Translations under genes and position numbers: made by a program
From: Utricularia gibba
Taxonomy: Eukaryota; Plantae; Magnoliophyta
NCBI GenBank assembly: GCA_002189035.1
Contig: NEEC01000007.1
Location: 1,860,001-1,924,000 of the forward strand
DNA length: 64,000 nt
Direction: 5' to 3'
Notes under the pieces: generated by a model
Told to the model about the DNA's origin: nothing
Database searches by the model: none
The model's input: the letters and a program-made list of their open reading frames with translations, nothing else
Shown here: positions 11,419 through 22,463 of the stretch, in pieces
Numbering within the stretch: position 1 is the stretch's first letter
Layout of the letters: each line of letters starts with the position of its first letter

Positions 11419-13360
11419 TCAGAAATAAAGCCAATCAATTCCACCGTTGAACCCTGAAGCAGCTACGCCATGGGAGTTGGAAGTGGAAGAAGACTGAGCA
11501 CGAAATGAGGAGAACGCGTCCCTGTATTGTGCGGCCGATAAAGAAGTTACCGATGAACCGCGAGGGTTTACTCCGGTTCCTGGCACTATACCGGCGCTGT
11601 AGTTCATCTCCCTCTGTTGACTTACGAAATTCCTAATTTCGAGTATCCGGCGATGCCACCTTCGTCTATGGAAGAGGGTAGATCTGGATGGGGATGAAGC
11701 TGCTCCCGTCTGCGGAGTGGAGATTCTGGGTGATGGACTTGGTGGAGCATCTGGTACATACACCTCGTTGAGATCAAATGATTCCCGAACTGGATTGGCA
11801 TGTTGTGAACCAATGGGGTTGGAGTAGATGTGGCTGCTTGCCCCATTCTCTGGAGCCATAGCCGTCGGTCTGCAGCCATCACAGTACCAGTTCCCGTCTG
11901 GCACTTCGCTTCCCAAGTCAACACAGTAAGTGTGTGTAGAGGAATCACAGAGATCACACAGAAGCATGAGTGCATCATCGCCACCCTGATTACACTCGGT
12001 GCAGAGGACATTCTCATAGGGGTCGAGATAGCCCCTAAGCTCTTCTTCGGATGGTTGATAAACCTGCGATATCACATAGGATTAATTGTTTTTTGAACAG
12101 GCAGAGAGACATGGTAGTATGATCTTTCAAGTGCAATGAAGTAGTGCAGTTATTATACCTGGTCCCTCTCAGGAACAGGAAAGATAGTATCCCTCTCGTC
12201 ATGTATACCATCAGGTCGCATTGTTCTCCTGATGGTTGCAAACCTTTGCTTACAGAGGGGGCAACGTGATTCTACCTTTGACCACTCCAATATGCATGTA
12301 AAACAAAAATAGTGTGTGCAACAACTCAACACTCCTACAGCCTTTCGCCTCCCTTCTTCGGACAGACAGATACCACAAACCTGCTTCCCTGCTTGCACCT
12401 TTATGTCATCTACCTTCTGTTTACCTTTCCTCCCGTGGTTTTTTCTTTTTAAAGGTGAGTCTTCTTCTTCAATTGCCTCTAACAAAGAAGGATCCCTCAG
12501 ACCAGATGTTGGCCTTCCACAAATTTCACTAGCCTCTCTAATAAATTTGCTCTCTTCATCAGAGATTGTATAGTCGTTATCATCATCATCATCCTCAGAT
12601 GAACCTTGAAGCTCGAAGTCAGAATCAGAACTCGTATCTGAATCCCTCGCTCCACAAGTAGTGTTCTTGTTTGTCTTTGTTTGTACGGTTCTTTTCCTAT
12701 TGCTCAACTTCTTGCCTGAAGTAGATTTGTTTTTCCTTGGGCCTTGCTTCTTCTTTGGCTCATCAATGGTTGTTTCCATATCCTCGGTTGGTATAAAATC
12801 CTCATCATCAGCGTCATCATCATAATCTTCATCTTCTTCCAGATATTTAGTAACGTCTTCTTCCCCACCATACGGATAAAGGGAGGCCCATTCCTTGTTT
12901 TCTTGACACGGGGTTTCTTTGTAGGTTTCCTATCAGTAAGTTCATCTCTCTCTTCTCGAAGCCAACCCAGAGTACCAGCATGTAATTCTTCTTCTGCAGC
13001 TTTACTTTTTGCCCCTTCAGAAACACACAGATAATCTGCATCCATCTTTTTCTTTGTTGACTTCATAGAAACAGTTGTATCTGTACTTCGAATGTTGTTT
13101 CTTCGTCTTGGCATCCTAACACTCTCGAACTTATCTGCTATCCGTTCCACCTCTTCCTCTTCCTCCTCTTCCTCAAATGCCTCCAAGCTCTCCTGAGATT
13201 CTTCCTCGGCAAGGGAAGAGCCATAGTCCTCCTCTGATTCGTCCAAAACCTCATCTTCATCTATTTTATAATCTTCATCGGAATCATCTGAAACAAATTT
13301 ATCTACTTCATTCCTATTCTTTCTCTTGCGCTTATAACCTGTTTTTTCTTCCTTTGCCAT
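11419..13360 (-). CDS. RING + PHD finger protein with an acidic N-terminus; one apparent -1 frameshift near 12863-12930
   Basis: RING CGICL..C.H.FC..CI.EWSKVESRCPLCK and PHD CTEC..LLLCDLCD...HTYCV..WYC..C. Intron 12064-12158. The acidic DEDYDDDADDEDF tract reads in a different frame from the N-terminal SDDSDEDY part. Confidence 0.82.
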
Positions 13361-14423
13361 CTGCAAAAGAATTCAAGAAATTAGGAAAATTATGCATTTT
13401 CATGGTCAGGGTGCTTTTAGTCAGCCTGTTTTCAACTACTGCTGCAAAACAGGGGGGAAAACAAAAATGGCACGACAGATCCACTTCATATTCAGAGAAT
13501 TTCCTCAAGTAGGTTGCAAAATAATTATCCTCATCAAAAGAGAGACAAACAATCCCAGCATACAAAAGAGAAACAAACAGATTCGTGCTCTTCATGAATG
13601 CCAATGAACAACAGCAAATGTTTTTTTTTACCCATAAAAAAGCCTAATTCATACCAAGTACCTTCTGCCAGTCTCCAGACAAAAAAAAAAAAAAGAACTT
13701 GATCCACTTTATTCGACTACTAAATCAACAGAAATCCCAGACACAAACCAATCTAACAAATTCGCCTTTCCATGCTCACCAAGACGGATACTTTATATCG
13801 ATAAACAAACACCATTAGTGAAAAGCAACGATGCCGAATCAGTGAACAAAAAACCATCAACGAAACACAAAGCAAATAAGTACCTTCAATATTGAAAAAT
13901 TCTTCACGCCGCCGCCCCTACAGCACTATAAATTGGTAAATAGAAACAGATCGAAACAAATCCTGATCAGATTCCAAGAAGAGCCCCCCGGAGCCGATAA
14001 AACAAGGGGCTGACTTCTGCAAATCAACTTTGGAAACGATCAAAAGGTGCCATCCGCTCTTCCCTCTGTATATATAGAAAATTATTCATGTGAAAGTGAG
14101 ACGGCCCAAGCAATAAGAATTTATAAGTAATTTTTTAAAAAGATTTTAATACGTTAAAATCATATATTAATAATTATGTTCACTTCGGCTTCCGTTTCTT
14201 GGTCCTTGTCATTCCTCAGGACGCGGTATGTGGAGAGCTCAACGTACCGGAACGGAAGTCAGCGAAGTACGATACTGAGCTTCTTCCCCATTTCCGACCG
14301 ATCGGGAAATTCGATTCTGAATAGTAAGCAATCCCGAGTTCTCGTCCGTGGTCTAATTCTCTTTGTAGAGGTTCCTTGCTCTGATTGTTGGAGTTGGGTG
14401 GGACTAGCTTGCTTTGTTAAATC

Positions 14424-17075
14424 ATGGCTACGAGGAATCGGACAATTTTGTACAGAAAGTATAGAGATGCATTGAAGAGCGTTAGGGTACCGACAAGCTC
14501 GTCGTCTTCGAGCTATGGCGGAGAAGGTCCGGTGATCCAGATGTCAACGACGTCTTTTCTCAACTCGAATAGATCATACGCTCGCTTGGATACCGAAGAT
14601 CCTGGAACATCTGGGTGCGTTGAATTTTCTACCGTTTGATTACGGCTTGAGATCTGGTGGATTGATTGTCGAATCATTTTTGTTATGATATATTATACCT
14701 TTTTCCCTGCAATACTTTCAAGATCATAAGTGGCATTTCCCTCAGGGAGTTCATTTCGGGTAACTACGGTTGATCTATGTTAATGGGAATGTTTTGGTTA
14801 ATTTGAAGTTTATCTTCTTCTGCAATCTGTTGGGAGTTTATATCATTGTTAGGATAAGTTTGTACCTAGTTTTTTTTTGGAAAAGAATTAAAATTATCCC
14901 GTGGTTGAGCCAAGCTGTTTATTTCACGTTTCTTGCTCGTGGAAGTTGTATTGCCTTTTGGAAACCCATTGCTTTGAAGTGTTTCCTGGTATATAATTGG
15001 GGCCTGGATGTTAAATTGAGCATCACCTGGGATGTATTATAGTGTTGTAAAAGGAGTTTTGAGCCGACTCTTTCATTTCCTATATAGAATGGGTGATGAA
15101 AGTAATTAAATAGTTGGAGTAAATCTTAAGATGAAGGGAAGAGGAAAGCATCAGACGCCTGTAACTTATTGTGATTGTTTTTGTCTTCTATGTTCTCACT
15201 AAAGCATGATTTGATCTAATTTTATTACTAGGATTCTGTGGGGCTCTAAAACTTTGTTTTAAAGCAGTGTGAGCACAGTGGCAGTAGGTTTGCCACCCGC
15301 TTGGGTTGATGTATCTGAAGAAATTGCAGCAAATATTCAACGCATGAGGCTAAAGATGGCGGACTTGACAAAAGCTCATGCCAAGGCTCTAATGCCTTCT
15401 TTTGCAGATGGTAAAGAAGACCAACAACGGATTGAATCACTCGCAAATGAGATCACAGGTCTTTTAAAAAAATCGGAAAGAAGATTGCAAAAATTTTCTG
15501 CTGCAGGGCCTTCAGAAGATTCAAATATCAGAAAAAATGTCCAGGTATGAATACTGTGCTGTTCGATATACTAGGAATTTGAACTTTGTGCCAGAAATTC
15601 TGAACTAATGCAGCTAGAGACTGCACATTTACTCACCATTACGAGTTTTTCTAGACGTATTATTCTATTTTGTGTGGAAGAGAACCAGCATTATCATTCT
15701 CAATGTATTTTAAGTTTCATGAGACAGTTACTGTGCTGCCACCGAAGGAAAAATTTTCACTGTTTGCAATGCAGCGTGGGTGACTTCTTGTGCTATATTA
15801 TGCTATTCTCGTTTTTTCTGGGAACATTCTGTTAGTCTCACACCGTTTTGTGGTAATATTCAGATCTTTATGTGCTTATGATACTTTTCTTCTGTGGCAG
15901 AGATCCTTAGCTACTGACCTCCAGTCGCTCTCTGTGGAGCTGCGTAGAAAACAATCCTCATATTTGAAACGGCTTAAGCAACAGAAAGAGGTGGTGATGA
16001 TTACTCCATCTATGGATCTATATGTGTATAGTTTTTTTTATCATGCATATTTATCTTATTGTTTTTAAGAGTTGTTTCTGGGGATATCACTCCTAGATAG
16101 TGTTGTTGGTCAATAGGCAGCTGCACCGTATTATATTTCTGTTGTACTTGTTGAAGTTTTGACAAGTTTTCTATTCTTTCAGAGTTCAGATGGCGTTGAT
16201 TTGGAGATGAACCTAGGTGGAAGCCAGTCTAAGAGCACAGATGATGATTTTGATGACATTGTGAGTTGAAAGTTTTTGCTTTTCTGATACTTGTGCTGAT
16301 CAGGATAGCATCTATTGGTATGCATGATTTTACTGTTGATGGAGGAACTGACCTGAGTAAAGAATGTCTAATTGATCTGGATGGAGCAACAACGGAATAG
16401 TGATCCTTTTGGTGCTACATTTAGGGTTTCGATGAACACCAGATGGCCAAGTTAAAGAAGAGTGAGGTGCTCACTGCAGAAAGAGAAAAGGAAATACAAC
16501 AGGTGAAAAGATCTCTTACTCCTCCTGTCCCTCCTGCTATCTCGCCCCCTCTCTTTATAGCATGTAATAGGAGTTAATATCTCATATTCCTTTTGGGTTT
16601 GATTGCTCCTCCCAGGTGGCGGAATCAGTCAATGAACTCGCCCAAATCATGAAGGATTTGTCTGTTTTGGTCATCGATCAGGTTCATGGCGTATCCCCTT
16701 GCACCATTTTTCATGTTATTTGTGACTTCAGATTATGACTATAGGCCCTCTGATATCCTCCGGCAGGGGACCATCGTCGACAGGATAGATCATAACATAG
16801 CAAATGTGGCAGCCTCAGTTGAAGACGGCCTGAAGCAGCTCGAAAAGGTCATTGCTCCACCATCCACATCCCTTCTTCTTCGTTTCTTTTACTTCCCACA
16901 TATCATATGCCACTCTTACTTCGAGCTGAATCCCAACACTGATGGGCTGATTCTGTGCACATTTCAGGCAGAGAAAAGCCAAAAACAGGGTGGCATGGTG
17001 ATGTGCGCGACAGTGCTGGTAATCATGTGCTTTGTCATGCTAGTTCTCTTAATTCTCAAGACTATACTTTTCTGA
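14424..17075 (+). CDS. SYP4-type (syntaxin-16-like) Qa-SNARE, multi-exon
   Basis: MATRNRT..YRKYRDALKSVR, GLPPAWVDVSEEI, SVNELAQIMKDLSVLVIDQGTIVDRIDHN and a C-terminal transmembrane anchor. Confidence 0.92.
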
Positions 17076-17393
17076 ACTCTCGGCGAGTGTGATCCCCGTC
17101 TCACTCACACCATGCTCAATTTTGCAATTCACATTCAAAGCTTCCACCCAATCCATAGGATGATCCTGCATATTGTATTCACTGGATCATTTAGAAAGTG
17201 ATTATTGATTCTTTCTCTTTCATGTACTACATCTAAATTCTTATATATACGGTACTTATTTTTTTCATATACTCAAAATATAATGATCAATTTTGCAATA
17301 CATTGTGTATTCATCTTGTTTTGATGCCTAGATTCGATGTAATTTTCAGATAATTTATAATAAAAATTAAATTTTTAATTTTGAAACTATTTG

Positions 17394-17626
17394 GTAGTAT
17401 TTTGTAAAAATTTTTAAATCTATTTTTATTTTTCAAAATTATTTTTGAAAAGTAAAAATAAAAATAAAAATAATCAATTTCTTATTTTTCTAAAAATAAC
17501 TTTTGTAGTTATAATTTTAAAATTATTTTTGATAGAATTACTTTTATAATTAAAAATGTTCAAAAACAAAATTATTTTTATTTCTAAAAAATAAAAATAA
17601 GTTTTAAAAATTTTCCAAAACACTAC
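17394..17626. mobile_element. AT-rich MITE-like element with ~45-bp imperfect terminal inverted repeats
   Basis: Left GTAGTATTTTGTAAAAATTTTTAAATCTATTTTTATTTT versus reverse complement of the right end GTAGTGTTTTGGAAAATTTTTAAAACTTATTTTTATTTT. No clear TSD. Confidence 0.55.
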
Positions 17627-17923
17627 TTAATATTGACTAAACAGTGAATCTGAAAACATATTTTTAACTATGTTAAAAAAATCGTCATTAAATCAAGATT
17701 AAACTTTGTTTAATTGCGGTTGATAATATAGTATCATAAATATTCATAAATTAAGGAGAAATTTGTAATTTTGGTTAAATTGTGAGACAATGCATTTGGA
17801 CCTGTGTGGAGGTAAAAGCCGGTCTTCGCCGCTGCGCAGAGAAGGGGAGGGAGGTGGGAAGCAGTTCTTTCTCCTCATTCGCAGCAACTCATGAATTCTT
17901 CATGAGTTTCTTGGTGGTTCTAC

Positions 17924-19733
17924 ATGGCAAGAATTATGTGCCGCCGTTTCGTTTGTTTTCTTTTGTTCCTGCATCTTCTCCTGCGGGAGACATACGGTAT
18001 GTTGTTCACCTGCCGCTTCTGCGTTGATTTGATTTCAAATTACACTGGATTGTAATACGGTTCGAAATGCGGAGAGTCTACTCCATGAATTCTGAATGTT
18101 TAATAAAAACGGGCACGCGTTCCACTAAGAGAAGCGATGGGACTCGGTGGGTCGATTATACGTTGATTTTAACCGTTGGAGTCTATAAGACTTGAAATTT
18201 TTATCACAAGAAGCATCTATTCCTCTAGTAAACTGGAAGTGGCGGTGATTTCCTGCTAAACATGTATAGAATCAAATGCTGAGTCAACATTTTTATTTGG
18301 CATTCGATTTATTTTAATGTTTTTTCTAGCATAGAATTGCGGAAGTGTCTTTTGGTCTTGAATAGAAGAATTATTTATTCGGTCAAGAGGAACTTGTATT
18401 AAAACTTTGATTCTCCAGAAATCAGATTCTTTTTCGTGTTGCAATCAAAAATAGCTTGGGGTCATTAATTCCTTAATCAGATTTTTAAATGTGCAAAGGA
18501 ACCAGCTTTTTGTGTGTATGCAAATATCTGTAGTATAACAGAAAGTGATGGTGCATTTTTGAACTGTGATGTATGTAGGTAAAACATCTGAAATTTGCAT
18601 TTCCAAGGGTGGACGATTCCCGCCTTTTTCAAGTGATGGAAAACCACCAAAGAGAGTTACGAAGGGTCCTGGAGACCTAATAGTTTGCAGGGTGTTTCGT
18701 AAACATACTTGTTGTGAAATAAATGAAATACGTCCTGTGATTTTATCCATTAGGAGGCTTGCTTCTGCCGGAAATGCAAGTCGAGAGTGTATGCAATTAT
18801 GGGAGTTGTTGGAATGTTCCATCTGTGATCCATGGGTGGGTATAAAGCCAGGACTACCCCTTATATGTTCATCATTCTGTGATACTGTGTATCAGGCTTG
18901 CTCTAGGGCTTTCTTCTCTATGGATCAGAAGAAACAGGTAGTGCATTCACCTTTTCATATACCTGAATAAGATACTTTTAGCGATTAACAACCTAATGTT
19001 TTTCCATTTGATTGATGTTTAGAATATGGAAAGTCTGCTCTCTGTTGTGTCATGGTATAAATTATGCGTTGGCATTTATCATATTATCTTCCTTAAATGT
19101 CCAAGTTTGTTTCTTGAAGTAATTTTTATGGTCCTGAAGTAATTTCCCTTGTCAAACTTGGAAAAGCTAATACCTAAGGAATTACACGCAGGTTTTAGTA
19201 CCATGTGATGAAAGGGAACTTCTTTGTGCTAGACTTTCCCAGTGGGTCTCTAACGGAACAGAACTCTGCCATCATGCTGGTTTCAATGTTGTGCATTATG
19301 ATGACCCTGAAGTCATATCTTGTTATGGTGGAAAGGCCAGCATGGAATATGTGCAAAAGTCATGGAACAGTTCCAATGACGAGAGTTTATCTGCCGATGC
19401 TCCTGTACTTGCGGATTCTACGCACTGGATTTCTTGGGCAGTTGTGGGGATATTTATCATCGTGGGGCTTGCTTTTGCAAGGTCAGTTCGAAACAACTAA
19501 GTTCAAGGCTCAAGATTACCACTTGTGCATCTGAAAAGGCTTTGTAGTTACCATTCGTCCTTCAACTCTATGTTGATGTCTTCATCCTCTCACACGCTGT
19601 TAATGTATGTAGCAGCAAAAGGAAGCCGCGGAATCAACGCCACAGAGAACAAGCTGTGCAGCATGTGGGAAGGAGGTTGGGAACAAGGAGTGGTTCTGGC
19701 GACCAAGCAAGAAGAACAAGGCTTGGACAATGA
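17924..19733 (+). CDS. Cys-rich folate-receptor-like secreted/membrane protein, 4 exons (17924-17996, 18579-18937, 19192-19481, ~19618-19733)
   Basis: Signal peptide MARIMCRRFVCFLLFLHLLL; CRVFRKHTCC, WELLECSICDP, ICSSFCD.VYQACS; C-terminal TM WAVVGIFIIVGLAFA followed by a basic tail. Confidence 0.72.
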
Positions 19734-19854
19734 GGCAAATCACTTGGACTTTCAGTTGTAGGCAAATAAGGTAGTGAAAGGTTTTTTTTTTTGAGCGCAT
19801 GTGAAGTGATGATGCCTCTCCTATCTTCTTACCATGGTTCTTGAATTGTATCAA

Positions 19855-20060
19855 AAGTTAAAGCAGCTGATAAGCGGTTACCGGTCAACCCGTGAATCCG
19901 ACGGGTCCATCTGTGACTCAACCTGTACCCATTCCAGTTGCATTAAAAGTTCAAGCAGCTGATAAGTCGGTGCAGGGGTATGGATCGACAGGGCACGGTT
20001 ATGGGTCGACCCGTGAATCCGACGGGTCGACCTGTGTCTCGACCCGTATCCATGTGAAAA
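19855..20060. repeat. CpG-rich cluster of CGACCCG/CGGGTCG motifs with two short direct repeats; probable TE remnant
   Basis: AAAGTT(A/C)AAGCAGCTGATAAG occurs twice and ACCCGTGAATCCGACGGGTC occurs twice. Confidence 0.5.
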
Positions 20061-20341
20061 CTGATGTTGAGCGTTGACCTATCTGGCGGGTTGGTCTGGT
20101 TTTTACGTGGGGTTTGGGTTTGGGTTTAGGGTGCTTAGTGGATTTGGGTTTGAGTTCGGGTATGGGTTTTGTTGTGGGTCGTTATTTTAATGCATAATAA
20201 ATGTATTTTACCCATTAAAAATCACAATATATTTGATTTTTCTTGTTGGAGAAGAAGTGGGTGCTACGTTGTCGAAGATTTGGTTTTTGTAGTATGGTGA
20301 ATGCGAACCCAAATCCTGCCCACAAATGATTCGTTTTTGTG

Positions 20342-22313
20342 ATGAAGGAACCAGACGAGAGGGCGTTGGTGGCGCCGTTGATTCAGAAGGCTGTCGATTC
20401 AACGGATCCGGAGGTCGATCCCCGTCTCCTCAAGGCGATCAAGTCAAGAGTTCGTTATTCCGAGGTCGAGCTTCGTGATGCTGCCCAAACCCTAATGACC
20501 CTCATGAAGCGCAATCACTCCCAGGTGCTTCTTCGATTCCGACGTCGAGCTTCGTGATTGCCCCTATTCGTGTTTTTTTGATTTTCAGTGAAAAAGGTGT
20601 GATCTTGGTTGAATTTATGTTCAGGTGCGGTATCTTGCACTTCTCATTATTGATGAGCTTTTCATGCGCTCAAAGCTCTTTAGAACTCTGATTGTTGAGA
20701 ACTTGGATCAGTTGGTTAGATTGAGTGTTGGACTTGGAAACAGCAATCCGCTCCCACGTCCTGCGTCAGTTGCGTCTCTTCTGCACTCTAAAGCTATTGA
20801 GCTTCTGGAGAAGTGGAATGATACGTTTGGTGTTTATTACCGGCAGCTGAGATTGGGTTATCACTATCTTAAGAACACATGTTGCATACGGTTTCCTGAA
20901 GCACAAGCACATGCTGCTCGTGTCCTACAACAAGCAAGAGAAAGGGAGAGGGTTTCTAAGGAGATCAGAATGAAGAAATTCGAATCTTTTAAGGACAACT
21001 TTTCTTCAATAAAAGAAGAAATTCAGTCAACTATTGATGAGATTGATGAGTGCTTGGCCATTGTTAACAATGTGGATGGGAATATGCATTTGGTTCGCTT
21101 GGATGACGAGGAGTGTGCAGAATTCCGAGGTTCAGAATTATGGAGGATTCGCCTTGGTTCACTTAGAGAGGGAAAGAGAGTTCAAGAGAACACAGAAAAC
21201 AAAGTTGTATTTGATGCGCTCAGGGAGTCCTTCAAGATCCTGGTCACTAAGCATTTGCCTGCTGTACAAGAATGGACATCACTTCTTATAAGAGTAGAAG
21301 TTGATGACACGAGTTTTAGGGATGATGCTTTGAAGGATCTAATAGACATAAGGAATCTTATTCGCTCTGCAAAAGATAAATGTGAAGAAACATGTGCCGA
21401 TCTTCTGAGCCCAGCAAATGTTGAGGATGAGATTTGGGAAGATGGAGCTATTAGAGCATATGACATGGAATCATCGGAAGCAGGCTGTTCCAAAAGCAGA
21501 GATGGAACAACTGATGTAAGAAGTGTAGGAGTTAGTGATGAATCATTAAATGTAGCAGTGCCGATGAATCTAGTGCGTGAACAAATGGAGTCAAACCCCT
21601 TGAGGAGTAAGCTTTTGGCTGAAGCCCCTGTCATTAAGTGGGGTTCTTCACTGGACAATTGGGGATCAAACAGTGAAGTTTTGGCTAACCAAAGAGGATT
21701 GGATGTTGAAGGCCATTGGGGTCGGGTTGAACAAGATGCAACTATACCTGCAGAGAAGATTGCAGACCTGAATGTCCAGGCTTCTGTTTATGAAGAGCTA
21801 CCTGTTGAAATTCAACCTTGTCGAGCACCTCTGAAGAAAGGTGGACTTTGCGAACGGAGAGATCTGAGGGTCTGTCCATTTCATGGGCGCATCATTCCAA
21901 GGGATGATGAAGGTAAACCCATTGAGGAGGTTCCCAAAACTGTACATAAGGCTACTCAAGAGGATTTTTCTTCAGATGACGATGGCTATTCAGCTGAGAA
22001 GCTGCTGAAACAAGCCATGAAAACCGTACGAAAAAGAGATGGAGAAGTAGCGAGGAAACATAAACTAGACAAGCAGGCATTGAAAAGGGAAAAGCTTGCT
22101 AAGGTCCGGAAATTCAATGAAGATGTTCTGAGAGATGCAGCAATTGCTTCAACTTGGAGATCGTCTTGCATTGGGGAAGATACTGAAACGGGGAGCACTT
22201 CAAGGTCTCATTCTAAGAGCAAGAAACGAACCCTTGCATCTATGCTCAGAAAGAACTCAACCTCGAAAACTAGAATAGCTGGAAAGCTATCAAAACTTGG
22301 TGCGCGTAGCTAG
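20342..22313 (+). CDS. UVSSA: UV-stimulated scaffold protein A homolog, 2 exons (20342-20524, 20625-22313)
   Basis: VHS-like N-terminus (HSQVRYLALLIIDELFMRSKLFR), HWGRV, and zinc finger CRAPLKKGGLCERRDLRVCPFHGRIIPRDDEG. Confidence 0.88.
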
Positions 22314-22463
22314 GAGTTTGATGGCGAGAGTAACACAAATGCAGTTTTCCGGAATCAAATATAGATTAGATGAACAGAAACACAAATCAGTCTCAACTGA
22401 CAGGAAAGCAGTGGCTGTGAATCCTTATTACATGGATTGTTATTCTTCCATGTTTATTCTTCT

